Part shown: piece after piece, positions 10,686 through 19,552 of the stretch | Layout: each line of letters opens with the position of its first letter | Position numbering within the stretch: the stretch's first letter is position 1 | Origin: an uncultured Candidatus Actinomarina sp. | GTDB lineage: Bacteria; Actinomycetota; Acidimicrobiia; Actinomarinales; Actinomarinaceae | DNA: 64,000 bases | Direction of reading: 5' to 3' | NCBI GenBank assembly: GCA_902610815.1 | Contig: CACLXG010000001.1 | Coordinates: 341,573 to 405,572, forward strand | The notes under the pieces: generated by a model | The model's database searches: none | Seen by the model: only the letters and a program-made list of their open reading frames with translations | Told to the model about the DNA's origin: nothing | Position numbers and translations under genes: made by a program

Positions 10686-11005
10686 TTTCCTAAAGTCCCA
10701 AGAATTTCAATTTCAACTAACTCTGAATCAATTTTGTAAGGTGATGAAAGATCCTTGTTAACAATGTAAACATCGAGTTTTTTAAAATTTAGTGAATCTG
10801 AAATTTTTTCAATATTTTCAATAGAATATTTCTCTTGATATAAATTAAACGTTTGGTCTTTAAGAATTTCCAATTCAATAATGTCTTGATTTACTATTGA
10901 CAAGTTGGTTGACAATTCATTTATTTTTATGTTTGTATACAAATTCCAAATAAGTGAAGAGAAAATTGAAATTACAATTATTAATAGAAAATTTTTAAGC
11001 TTCAT
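10682..11005 (-). CDS. ftsL: Cell division protein FtsL-like (small bitopic protein)
   Basis: 107 aa with a single N-terminal transmembrane helix and coiled-coil character. Located between rsmH and ftsI, so the call is positional. Confidence 0.55.
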   Translation of the reverse strand: MKLKNFLLIIVISIFSSLIWNLYTNIKINELSTNLSIVNQDIIELEILKDQTFNLYQEKYSIENIEKISDSLNFKKLDVYIVNKDLSSPYKIDSELVEIEILGTLGK

Positions 11006-11922
11006 ATTTTCACCATGAATCTAAGAACCGCAGACTTTGATCTAGGGTTTTTTTTAATTTCATTATCTGAAGGCGTTCTTTTTTTATATTTACCTAGTTT
11101 GAATAGTGGAACATTTTCACAGATACATATTGCGAGTTTAGGATCGCATATACACCCTTTTGTCTCTTTGTCTACAAATTGCTTTACTGTTCGATCTTCA
11201 ATTGAGTGATACGAAAGAAAAATCATAATGCCATTTGATTTGATAAAATTTTTTGCAGCTTCTAAAGATTCAATTATTTCACTAATTTCATTATTTACTT
11301 CGATCCTTATAGCTTGAAATATTTTTCTTACAGTGCTTTTAGTAAATTTTGGATTTTGGCGCGGCAGGGATGATTCAATAACACTTACTAACTCGTTTGT
11401 TGTTTGAATAGGTCTATTATTAATAATTGTTTCAGCTATTTTTTTTGAATTACTCTCTTCTCCATATTCATAAAATATTTTTAATAATTCTTCATAACCA
11501 TAATTATTTATAACTTCTTTAGCAGATAACTCTTGAGAAACGTCCATTCTCATATCAAGAATTGAATCATGTTGGAATGAAAACCCACGATGCGGGGAGT
11601 CAATTTGATGTGATGAAAGACCAAAGTCATAAAAAACACCACTTATTGACTCAATATTATTATTTTCTAAATATTCTTTAATTTTCGAAAAACTGTAGTG
11701 TTGGACATCATGGGTATCTGGAGAGTTATTAACCGCTTCTAAATCTCGATCTAGTGCTAAAAAATCAATATTATTATGATTTTTTTTGAAGTACTTAAAA
11801 TGGGATCCATATCCATATGTTGCATCTATAAATATTCCATCTGGTACATCAATAAGCAAATCAGATATTTCTGATGTCATTACCCCATCGTGTGTCAAAT
11901 ACTCTGCCCTGTTTGTATTCAT
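11002..11922 (-). CDS. rsmH: 16S rRNA (cytosine1402-N4)-methyltransferase RsmH (MraW)
   Basis: 306 aa with the N-terminal HxPVL-like/SAM-binding region (LIDVPDGIFIDATYGYGSH) and FDFGLSSHQID. It is the second gene of the dcw cluster. Confidence 0.9.
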   Translation of the reverse strand: MNTNRAEYLTHDGVMTSEISDLLIDVPDGIFIDATYGYGSHFKYFKKNHNNIDFLALDRDLEAVNNSPDTHDVQHYSFSKIKEYLENNNIESISGVFYDFGLSSHQIDSPHRGFSFQHDSILDMRMDVSQELSAKEVINNYGYEELLKIFYEYGEESNSKKIAETIINNRPIQTTNELVSVIESSLPRQNPKFTKSTVRKIFQAIRIEVNNEISEIIESLEAAKNFIKSNGIMIFLSYHSIEDRTVKQFVDKETKGCICDPKLAICICENVPLFKLGKYKKRTPSDNEIKKNPRSKSAVLRFMVKI

Positions 11923-12009
11923 ACCCAGCTCTCTAGAACTGGCACCAATTGGAAAGTTGGGCGGAGTAAGGGTGTTCCAATTTAGTTGTCTAGAGAGCTG
12001 GCTATGAAC

Positions 12010-12435
12010 CTATCCTTTCACTTCATTAATATTTGCAAATGCTTGGTCTGCTTCGTTTTGGATTTTCTTCCAACTTCTTGTTGACCAAACTTCAACTACT
12101 GGGCCTGATCCAGTAACGGTCACTTCTTCGTTGATGTCTATACCGCTATATGCACGTAGATTTTCAGGTACCTGCACTCTTCCAGCAGAATCGATTTTTA
12201 CATCTACAGCGCCACTAAACAAAGCTCTTCTTAATTGCCTAGATGTTCGATCTGTAGAAGGGAGCGATGCCATTTTTGAGGCTTCATTTTCCCAATTGTC
12301 TTTTGTTAATATTTGAAGACAATTATCTTGTCCCTTGGTGATTACACAGCCCTGTTGAAGCTCTTCTCTGAACTTTGAAGGTATAACTACTCTACCTTTA
12401 GAGTCCATTGTATGTTGAAACTCACCAAGGAACAC
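12010..12435 (-). CDS. mraZ: Transcriptional regulator MraZ (GTG start)
   Basis: 141 aa with two DxxxR repeats (MDSKGRVVIP and IDSAGRVQVP). It is the first gene of the dcw cluster. The GTG start at 12435..12433 gives (M)FLGEF. Confidence 0.9.
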   Translation of the reverse strand: MFLGEFQHTMDSKGRVVIPSKFREELQQGCVITKGQDNCLQILTKDNWENEASKMASLPSTDRTSRQLRRALFSGAVDVKIDSAGRVQVPENLRAYSGIDINEEVTVTGSGPVVEVWSTRSWKKIQNEADQAFANINEVKG

Positions 12436-12510
12436 TTTATCCGCCTTTCGTGCCTTGAACCACTTTTACACATTATATGACACTTTATGACACTCTGCAA
12501 CACTTTTTGA
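12436..12510 (-). promoter_or_regulatory. mraZ promoter region with a candidate MraZ operator: direct repeats phased at 10 bp
   Basis: On the minus strand the sequence reads ..GTGTtgcagaGTGTcataaaGTGTcatataatGTGTaaaaGTGGttc.. There are five GTGT/GTGG cores, three of them (plus-strand CAC at 12481, 12491, 12501) spaced exactly 10 bp apart, with smaller spacings for the others. A TATAAT -10-like hexamer is embedded between repeats. The plus-strand repeats are tgACACTtta / tgACACTctg / caACACTttt. Confidence 0.45.
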
Positions 12511-12520
12511 AAAAAATTTT

Positions 12521-13030
12521 TTATGCTGAAATAAGGTATTCTTCCCATGAAGGATCTGGATTGCTGCCAACAATAGTCTTAATCCAAAAATTATCTTTTG
12601 GATTAGATGGAGAATTTTTAAGGTTCAAATGTGTTTGATGTAGAAGCTTATCGGCTTTTATTAAATTACACTTTTTGCAACATGCAACAACATTTGACCA
12701 CTCATGTAGACCACCTTTGGAACGAGGAATAATATGATCAACTGACTCTGCAGATTTACCACAATATTGACATGTAAAAAAATCTCTAATAAATATATTT
12801 TCACGATTTAGAGCTACTCTCCTAGCAAAAGGAGCTTTTACAAAATAAGTTAAAATTCCAACTTTTGGAACAAAAAATTCTTCTTTCTCAGAATGTAAAA
12901 TTATTTCAGAATTTTTTATAGCATTTATTTTCTTATTATGCATTAACGAGATTGCTCTTTTAAATGATACAACAGAAAGAGGTTGGAATGTAGAATTTAA
13001 AATTAAGGTCCTATGACTTGATAGGTTCAT
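12521..13030 (-). CDS. HNH endonuclease family protein (small, conserved type)
   Basis: 169 aa carrying the HNH motif CQYCGKSAESVDHIIPRSKGGLHEWSNVVACCKKCNLIKADK (Cys4 zinc site plus the catalytic His). Confidence 0.75.
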   Translation of the reverse strand: MNLSSHRTLILNSTFQPLSVVSFKRAISLMHNKKINAIKNSEIILHSEKEEFFVPKVGILTYFVKAPFARRVALNRENIFIRDFFTCQYCGKSAESVDHIIPRSKGGLHEWSNVVACCKKCNLIKADKLLHQTHLNLKNSPSNPKDNFWIKTIVGSNPDPSWEEYLISA

Positions 13031-13054
13031 GGTAAATCTAAGCTGATTTGATTT

Positions 13055-13546
13055 CTATGCTTGAAGTTCTTGACTAAGTACATCATCTTCCACTTTAGTC
13101 AATAAATTTAAAAATCTTTCTTTATCTAACTCAAATTTGGAAACATCTTCTTTAACTTCTTGAGTAACGGAGTCAATTGTTTCAAAAAATGTAAGCTGTC
13201 CATTTTTCAAAGCATCAAAAACTTCATTGTCTTCAACAGAGTATATTGTCTGACCATCTGACTTAAGTTTTACTTCTGATAAATGTTTTGTAAGGTCACC
13301 ATTTTTAGTTAAATATTTCCAAGCTCTTCTAACTCTTTGAATACTCATGCCATTATCAAGTAATGTCTTTATAACCCGTAAGGCAACAATGTCTCTAAAA
13401 GAGTAAAATTTAGGAACTCCAGGTTTTCCATCAGAAGATTGTAATGATGGAGATACTAAATTTACTTTGTCCCAATATCTTAATTGATGAGATGTGCATC
13501 CTGAAAGATAGCATGCTTGCTTTGATGTAAAAGCATTTTTCTTCAA
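13055..13546 (-). CDS. MerR-family HTH transcriptional regulator
   Basis: 163 aa whose N-terminus matches the MerR HTH signature (FTSKQACYLSGCTSHQLRYWDKVNLVSPS). The C-terminal domain was not recognised. Confidence 0.6.
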   Translation of the reverse strand: MKKNAFTSKQACYLSGCTSHQLRYWDKVNLVSPSLQSSDGKPGVPKFYSFRDIVALRVIKTLLDNGMSIQRVRRAWKYLTKNGDLTKHLSEVKLKSDGQTIYSVEDNEVFDALKNGQLTFFETIDSVTQEVKEDVSKFELDKERFLNLLTKVEDDVLSQELQA

Positions 13547-13593
13547 ACCTTACTCCTAAAAAAAATGATGTATATTTAATTTAATTAAATTTT

Positions 13594-13941
13594 TTATTTT
13601 TGTCTAGAGCTATCTTGGTTTCTTAAGATTTTAATTACTTGTTTAACATTCCACTCTTTAACGTTTTCAGCTTTTAAAAGTGATCTTGTATTTGCAACAA
13701 ATACATATCCAGCAACTGCCATTACAGAGAAACCAAATATAGCTATTGCGGGTTGAATTATATAAGTACTGAACATTGTCAATAGTCCCAAAACAAACAC
13801 AAAAAAAGAAATAACTGCTCTATTTCTTGTAAATTTTGAAAGAGTTGAGTCTTCGACTGTTTTTGCTAAACCAGGATCGTCCTTCATTAACTCTTGTTCA
13901 ATTTGTTTTAAGATTTCTTCTTCTTTTTTATTCAAACCCAT
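13594..13941 (-). CDS. DUF3040-family small membrane protein
   Basis: 115 aa with the N-terminal amphipathic motif LNKKEEEILKQIEQELMKDDPGL followed by two transmembrane helices. A DUF3040 gene upstream of mraZ is a common actinobacterial arrangement. Confidence 0.6.
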   Translation of the reverse strand: MGLNKKEEEILKQIEQELMKDDPGLAKTVEDSTLSKFTRNRAVISFFVFVLGLLTMFSTYIIQPAIAIFGFSVMAVAGYVFVANTRSLLKAENVKEWNVKQVIKILRNQDSSRQK

Positions 13942-13979
13942 AAGTAAATCTTAATATAAAAATGAGTTAGTCTAAAATA

Positions 13980-14522
13980 ATGAGCAATTTATTTCTTAGA
14001 CATGGTGAGGTTCAAAACAAGAAAGATGTGTTTTACGCAAATCTTCCTGGATTTTATTTAAGTAGTAAAGGTGAGAAGCAAGCCAAAGATGCTGGAATAA
14101 AAATTAAAGATCAATTTGAAATAAAAAATATTATCTCCTCTCCTCTATTAAGAGCAAGGCAAACAGCAGAAATAGTTAATAGTGTACTGAAAATAAATAT
14201 AACTACATCCTATAACATAATTGAATGGGCAGGACCTAGTGATTGGATCGGAAAAACTTGGGACGAAATTAAATTAACACAAAACTTCAAGAACGCTGAT
14301 GACAGTCCATTAAATTTAACAAATACTGGAGAATCTTTAAAAAACGTATTTGATAGATTTAACAATATTTATGAAAAATGTGAAAATACACTTTTTGTAT
14401 CTCATCAAGATACTATTAGAGCATTTACTTACTTTTTTTTAAATGATAAAGATTTCACAAAAAATAGGCCCGATCATTGTGAAATACAATATTTTAAAAA
14501 TTTTGAATTATACACATACTAG
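13980..14522 (+). CDS. Histidine phosphatase superfamily protein (phosphoglycerate mutase-like)
   Basis: 180 aa with the N-terminal RHG catalytic motif (LFLRHGEVQNK) and a second His in VSHQDTIRAF. Confidence 0.7.
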   Translation: MSNLFLRHGEVQNKKDVFYANLPGFYLSSKGEKQAKDAGIKIKDQFEIKNIISSPLLRARQTAEIVNSVLKINITTSYNIIEWAGPSDWIGKTWDEIKLTQNFKNADDSPLNLTNTGESLKNVFDRFNNIYEKCENTLFVSHQDTIRAFTYFFLNDKDFTKNRPDHCEIQYFKNFELYTY

Positions 14523-14541
14523 GTATGTCATATATAGTATA

Positions 14542-14766
14542 TTAAGTGATACTTATAATAAAATAATATAAAATAAGCAGTCCTCCACCAAATGATCCAA
14601 TGAATCCCAAGCTACCAACTATGGGTTCTAATGATTTAAAAAATTTTGAATTAAAGTTTTCTAAGTATATATCAACTATCTTCCTGCTAAGTTGAAAAGA
14701 AATAAATCCATTGAAAAAAATATATACAAAACTTAAAATCGTAATCCAAGGGTTAGGAAAATTCAT
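14542..14766 (-). CDS. Hypothetical small membrane protein (74 aa)
   Basis: Two predicted hydrophobic helices. No recognisable motif, so the coding status is uncertain. Confidence 0.3.
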   Translation of the reverse strand: MNFPNPWITILSFVYIFFNGFISFQLSRKIVDIYLENFNSKFFKSLEPIVGSLGFIGSFGGGLLILYYFIISIT

Positions 14767-14789
14767 AATAAGGTAAAGTTAATATAATT

Positions 14790-15029
14790 ATGAGATTTAG
14801 CAACAAGACTCGGATTTTTATATACACTTCCGTAATTTTATTATCTAGTTATATTGGCTACCTTCTTGGAAATACATTTTGCATTATCTCTGATGAAGGG
14901 AGTTGTTTAACGAGTGTTTTAACTTATGTTGGTGTGATTAATGTATTCAATCTAATTGGTGTTTTTGTTTTGGTAAACTTATCTGAAAAATCAATAACAG
15001 AATGGAATCAAAACTTAGAAGAAGAATGA
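14790..15029 (+). CDS. Hypothetical small membrane protein (79 aa)
   Basis: Two predicted hydrophobic helices. It is divergent from the preceding small ORF and overlaps ltaE convergently by 22 nt. Confidence 0.3.
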   Translation: MRFSNKTRIFIYTSVILLSSYIGYLLGNTFCIISDEGSCLTSVLTYVGVINVFNLIGVFVLVNLSEKSITEWNQNLEEE

Positions 15030-16036
15030 ACTAACTTGTCACAAATTTCCTCAATGTCATTTTGTTCTATGTCTTTATGAAACACTAATCTAATTGATTT
15101 CTCTCCAATTAGTCCTGCATTAATTGATTCGTTATAAAAAATATCTAATAATTTATTTGGATCTTCTTCATTTTTAATATTCAAAAATATCATGTTTGTT
15201 CCTTTGTAAATAATGCTCTTTATTTTTTCATTGTTTAGATTTGCGTTTAGGAACTTGTAAACTTTTTTGGCTTTTGCATGATCTTCTAGAATACTTTCCC
15301 TGCTTTGTAGGGCGGTTTTTGCCATTGAAGCAATTACGCCAACCTGCCTCATTCCTCCCCCAAGTTTTTTTCTATACTCCCTCGCCTCATTTATAAATTC
15401 CTTGGAACCAAGCAGCATAGAGCCTATAGGTGCTCCTAGAGCCTTTGAGAAGCAGAATGTTAAGCTATCACAGTAATCCCCATAATTCATATTATTTTTA
15501 TCCTCTTGTATTGCATGCCATATTCTTGCACCATCTACATGTAGCTTAAGATTATGTTCCCTCACTATCTTGCTTAAAGATTTTATTGAATCAAAAGATA
15601 CAATCGAACCTCCAGATGCCAGATGGGTGTTTTCAATCGAAACAGTTTTGATTATGGGTTTGTGGACTTTTGACTTTAATATAAGTTTTTCTACATATTC
15701 TAAATTCAACTCTCCATCTGTATGTTCAGCATCACGAAATTGTACACGAGATAAGAAAGCTGCAGCACCATGTTCATAATTTTTAATATGTGAGTCATGA
15801 GGAGTAATTACTTCTGTACCGGGATCATTGTGAATTAATAGTGAAATCTGATTTCCCATTAGACCTGAAGAAACAAATAGTCCTTTTTCAAAACCTAATA
15901 GATTAGCACACTCATCCTCTAGATTATTTACTGTAGGATCTTCAATATACTCATCATCACCAAGTTCAGCATCTAAAGCGCTCTCTAGAATCTTCTTAGA
16001 TGGTTTTGTTACAGTATCTGATCTTAAATCATACAT
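15008..16036 (-). CDS. ltaE: Low-specificity L-threonine aldolase
   Basis: 342 aa with the N-terminal YDLRSDTVTKP motif characteristic of threonine aldolases, and a PLP-fold. Confidence 0.75.
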   Translation of the reverse strand: MYDLRSDTVTKPSKKILESALDAELGDDEYIEDPTVNNLEDECANLLGFEKGLFVSSGLMGNQISLLIHNDPGTEVITPHDSHIKNYEHGAAAFLSRVQFRDAEHTDGELNLEYVEKLILKSKVHKPIIKTVSIENTHLASGGSIVSFDSIKSLSKIVREHNLKLHVDGARIWHAIQEDKNNMNYGDYCDSLTFCFSKALGAPIGSMLLGSKEFINEAREYRKKLGGGMRQVGVIASMAKTALQSRESILEDHAKAKKVYKFLNANLNNEKIKSIIYKGTNMIFLNIKNEEDPNKLLDIFYNESINAGLIGEKSIRLVFHKDIEQNDIEEICDKLVHSSSKF

Positions 16037-17199
16037 TAGAGAGCTGCCTTAATATTTTTCATTGCTTGCCTAATTCTTTGTTTATTTTCTACTAAGGCAA
16101 TCCTAATATATCCCTCGCCAAATTTTCCGAAACCAACTCCTGGTGAGACAGCTACATTTGATTTTTCTAAAATGTCTAATGTAAATTTTAGTGAATCTTT
16201 ATTAAATTTTTCTGGAAGTTTTGCCCAGACAAACATAGTTGCGTCAGATTCCTGAACAATGAAGTCTAAATCTTTTAAATGCTCGACAACTAATTCTCTT
16301 CTTTCGTTATAAACAGTCGACAATTCAAATGGATACTGGTCTAATTCGTTTAAAGCAACAGTAGAAGCAATTTGTATTGGTTGAAAAGTTCCATAATCTA
16401 TGTAAGACTTTAACTTTGTAACTGCAGCAACTGCATCCGCATTACCCACTGCAAATCCTACTCTCCATCCAGCCATTGAATATCCCTTAGTAAGGGAATA
16501 TAGCTCAACACTATGTTCTAAATTTTTGTCAGAAGTTAAAAGTGACGGAGGTTTATTTCTACCAAAATATATTTCTGAGTATGCAAAATCATTTACAATT
16601 AAAAAATTATATTTTTCTGCTAGTTCAACAAGGCTATCGTAAAAAACCTGATCAACAGTTAGTGTTGTAGGATTATGTGGAAAGGAAATTAATAACAATT
16701 TTATTTTTGTTTTCTTTAAAATATCATTTAATTCTGTCAAAAAGTTTGACTTATCAATACAATTAACTTTTATGGTTTCTGCTCTTGCTATTAATGGAGC
16801 AAAATGATGTATTGGATAGCTTGGATCTTGAACTACAACCTTGTCTCCAGGATTTAAAACGGACATTAAAAGGTGCGTTAACCCTTCCTTACTTCCAATA
16901 GTATTTACAACATTGAAATTAGCATCAAGATTAACTTGATAATTTTGTTTATATTTTTTAGCGATAGCTTCCCTTAAACCAAATATTCCCTTTGATACTG
17001 AATATTTATGATTTTTTTTGATCCTAGCTGTTTCAATTAATTTTTCTACGACTTTATCATGCGTTGGCAGATCAGGATTTCCATATCCCAAATCAATAAT
17101 ATCTTTTCCCAAGTGACGTGCAGTAATCTTCTTTTGATTTATTTCATTAAATAAATATTCAGGAAAATTATTGATCAATTCATTGCTATATTTATTCAT
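16036..17199 (-). CDS. PLP-dependent aminotransferase, class I (AspC/AlaA-like)
   Basis: 387 aa carrying FPHNPTT and the PLP-lysine region SLTKGYSMAGWRVGFAVGN. Confidence 0.75.
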   Translation of the reverse strand: MNKYSNELINNFPEYLFNEINQKKITARHLGKDIIDLGYGNPDLPTHDKVVEKLIETARIKKNHKYSVSKGIFGLREAIAKKYKQNYQVNLDANFNVVNTIGSKEGLTHLLMSVLNPGDKVVVQDPSYPIHHFAPLIARAETIKVNCIDKSNFLTELNDILKKTKIKLLLISFPHNPTTLTVDQVFYDSLVELAEKYNFLIVNDFAYSEIYFGRNKPPSLLTSDKNLEHSVELYSLTKGYSMAGWRVGFAVGNADAVAAVTKLKSYIDYGTFQPIQIASTVALNELDQYPFELSTVYNERRELVVEHLKDLDFIVQESDATMFVWAKLPEKFNKDSLKFTLDILEKSNVAVSPGVGFGKFGEGYIRIALVENKQRIRQAMKNIKAAL

Positions 17200-17903
17200 C
17201 TAAAAATATTATCTATTGTTTTAAAAAAAATCTCTGGATTTGAATCTTTTAAAACATATATTTTTTCATAGTTCAATTTACTAGCAAAAAAAATTGGATT
17301 GTCCGCTTTCAAACATAAACTTAAATTTCCTCTTGGATGCTTAATTTGAGAAAACTGAAATTCTTTTTCGTCAAATGAATTTTTAGTGCCCATCCATTGA
17401 TTGATTCCAATTGAATACTTTTTCATTAATTTAAGTTTTTTTTCTGAGTTACCACCAATAAACAAATTGATATTGTTTTGTTTAAACTTATTTGAATCTA
17501 CTATTGCATTAATTATTTTTTCAATATCGTTGGAGAAATTTGGTCTTTTTTCAAATATATCATCACCCGTACCAATTCCTAATTTAAAATTTTTAATTTC
17601 TAGCAATTTATAAATGTATTCGTCAAATAACTTATCATATGATCTCGCATTAATATTTAATACACATAGTCCCAATCTAAATTGATCATCTACAACTTCG
17701 TTAAGTTTGTAGATTCCTTCAATAAATTCATAAACATCTAAATTTTTACCAGCAGGGTTTACTCCATGATCAAATAAATATACGGTATCAATGTCTATGG
17801 ACATTAATTTTTCTGTTTTTTCTTTAAAATTATTTTTGAAGAATTCTCCGGGAAGTAAAACAGAGTTAACTGGTTTCATTAAAAGCAAGTGCTGCAGCTC
17901 CAA
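17196..17903 (-). CDS. Hypothetical protein, possibly a compact luciferase-like monooxygenase (LLM)-related protein
   Basis: 235 aa. The segment NLFIGGNSEKKLKLMKKYSIGINQWMG resembles the conserved C-terminal 'iwiGGxg....aaryadgW' region of LLM/F420-dependent oxidoreductases. The protein is much shorter than typical LLMs. Confidence 0.3.
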   Translation of the reverse strand: MELQHLLLMKPVNSVLLPGEFFKNNFKEKTEKLMSIDIDTVYLFDHGVNPAGKNLDVYEFIEGIYKLNEVVDDQFRLGLCVLNINARSYDKLFDEYIYKLLEIKNFKLGIGTGDDIFEKRPNFSNDIEKIINAIVDSNKFKQNNINLFIGGNSEKKLKLMKKYSIGINQWMGTKNSFDEKEFQFSQIKHPRGNLSLCLKADNPIFFASKLNYEKIYVLKDSNPEIFFKTIDNIFR

Positions 17904-18780
17904 TTATTCCAGAATCTTCTCCTTGCGAAGCAATAAATATATCAGGAAAACTTCTAGATGGGAATTTATATCTATTCTTTATATCGTTCTGAATAAGCTC
18001 AACTAAATCAAATGGTTCAGACGACATAGTTCCACCTAGAACAAAAGCTTCATTATCAAATATTTCAAATAAACTTAATAGTCCATTTGATATGTTTTGA
18101 ATTATTTCATCTCGAGCAGCGGTTTCTGATTCTGTTAAGTTAAGTGTATTATCAAAAAGAACTGAACCAACATTTTTAGTAGCAAATATTTTGGCAAGTT
18201 CTGTATCTTGATCTTTCTGAGTTAGTTCTGTACACTTTCTTGTCCATACAGATGCAGCAACTGATGATTCAAAACTTCCCTTTTTTCCACTATCTCCTTC
18301 AACTTCTCTATCATTTGATGTAAGCATATGTCCAATCTCTCCTGCGTTTCCTCGTCCTCTTAACAATTTACCTTCAGAGATTATTCCTCCGCCAACTCCT
18401 GTACCAAAAGTCAACATTATCAAATTTGAATATTTGTCTTTGTAATTTAAAAAATACTCACAATAAGCTGCTACGTTACCATCATTATCTAAATGAAATT
18501 CATAATCTGTAAAATTTAATAGCTTTGAAAAATCAATATCAAATTGTAAGTGTGGACCATATAAATATTTGTTGTTAGCTGAATTTACATATCCTGGCAT
18601 AGCTACTGAAACTTTAGAAACATTTGGAAGATTATCTTGAATAATATTGGATAAAGAATCAATAAATTTCTCTTCATTGTGTGGAGTTGGTATCTTATCT
18701 TTTTTTAAAACTTCAAATGACTTATCAACAACACCATATTTTACGGTAGTTCCTCCAACATCAAAAGATAGACAATTCAT
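17866..18780 (-). CDS. ROK-family sugar kinase (glucokinase-like)
   Basis: 304 aa with the N-terminal ATPase phosphate-1 motif LSFDVGGTTVKYGVV and the GNAGEIGHM region typical of ROK kinases. Confidence 0.7.
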   Translation of the reverse strand: MNCLSFDVGGTTVKYGVVDKSFEVLKKDKIPTPHNEEKFIDSLSNIIQDNLPNVSKVSVAMPGYVNSANNKYLYGPHLQFDIDFSKLLNFTDYEFHLDNDGNVAAYCEYFLNYKDKYSNLIMLTFGTGVGGGIISEGKLLRGRGNAGEIGHMLTSNDREVEGDSGKKGSFESSVAASVWTRKCTELTQKDQDTELAKIFATKNVGSVLFDNTLNLTESETAARDEIIQNISNGLLSLFEIFDNEAFVLGGTMSSEPFDLVELIQNDIKNRYKFPSRSFPDIFIASQGEDSGIIGAAALAFNETS

Positions 18781-19547
18781 ATATAAATTGATGATAATTC
18801 TAAATACTGATTAGTTGCTCTAAAATAACTTACATTAATGCAACGTGTAGCACTTATCTTCCAATGCGAAGCTTGTGGTTGGTGTACATCACCAAATAAA
18901 GAATACTCTGGTTGATAATTCTCAATGTAATCTTTTAAGCTTCCCCAACCTTGTTCAGTTTTATTAGTGACAACATCAGTAACTAACTCTCTAACAAGTG
19001 GAGGTGCATGTGTACAGATTATATTTGAGTCTTTTAAGTTATACAGTTTTTTTGAAAATGTATCTTCGTCAATTTCTCCTCTTGCATTAATTGGTGTTGG
19101 AACTCCACCACCAGCAAAACCAATTTTTTTATTATCATATTCAACTATTAACCCATCAACATTTTTCACTGAATTACTTAAGTAAGTATTCATAATATCA
19201 ACATCGTCTACATTTCCTGGTATAAACCAAACTTCATACTTTTTAAGTACATGAAAAACATCTTCATATTGTTTGTTAATTGCACTCTGCATTTTTTTTG
19301 CAATTTTGTCTGGATCAGTTTTATATAACTCTCTCCACAATGTTTTTCTTTGATCAAATTTGTGTTCTTTTCTCAAATTAATCAATTTTATAACATTATC
19401 ATAACCAAAGACATCCATAGCAATTCCTTGTCCATCTCGGTAGTCAATCCAATTTATTAAATCTCCTAAAATAACTACAGGCCCCTTATTCTGTGGTAGT
19501 GATTTAAGATAATCTAACTGGTAGTGAACATCCGACACGAATATCAT
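18777..19547 (-). CDS. Metallophosphoesterase (calcineurin-like)
   Basis: 256 aa with N-terminal IFVSDVHYQ and VVILGDLINW metal-binding motifs. Confidence 0.6.
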   Translation of the reverse strand: MIFVSDVHYQLDYLKSLPQNKGPVVILGDLINWIDYRDGQGIAMDVFGYDNVIKLINLRKEHKFDQRKTLWRELYKTDPDKIAKKMQSAINKQYEDVFHVLKKYEVWFIPGNVDDVDIMNTYLSNSVKNVDGLIVEYDNKKIGFAGGGVPTPINARGEIDEDTFSKKLYNLKDSNIICTHAPPLVRELVTDVVTNKTEQGWGSLKDYIENYQPEYSLFGDVHQPQASHWKISATRCINVSYFRATNQYLELSSIYI

Positions 19548-19552
19548 TTCAT

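Noticed and set aside
12521-13030. The HNH endonuclease as part of a mobile or homing element or prophage remnant
   Set aside because: There is no flanking integrase, transposase, direct or inverted repeats, or tRNA. The gene is compact and co-oriented with conserved neighbours.
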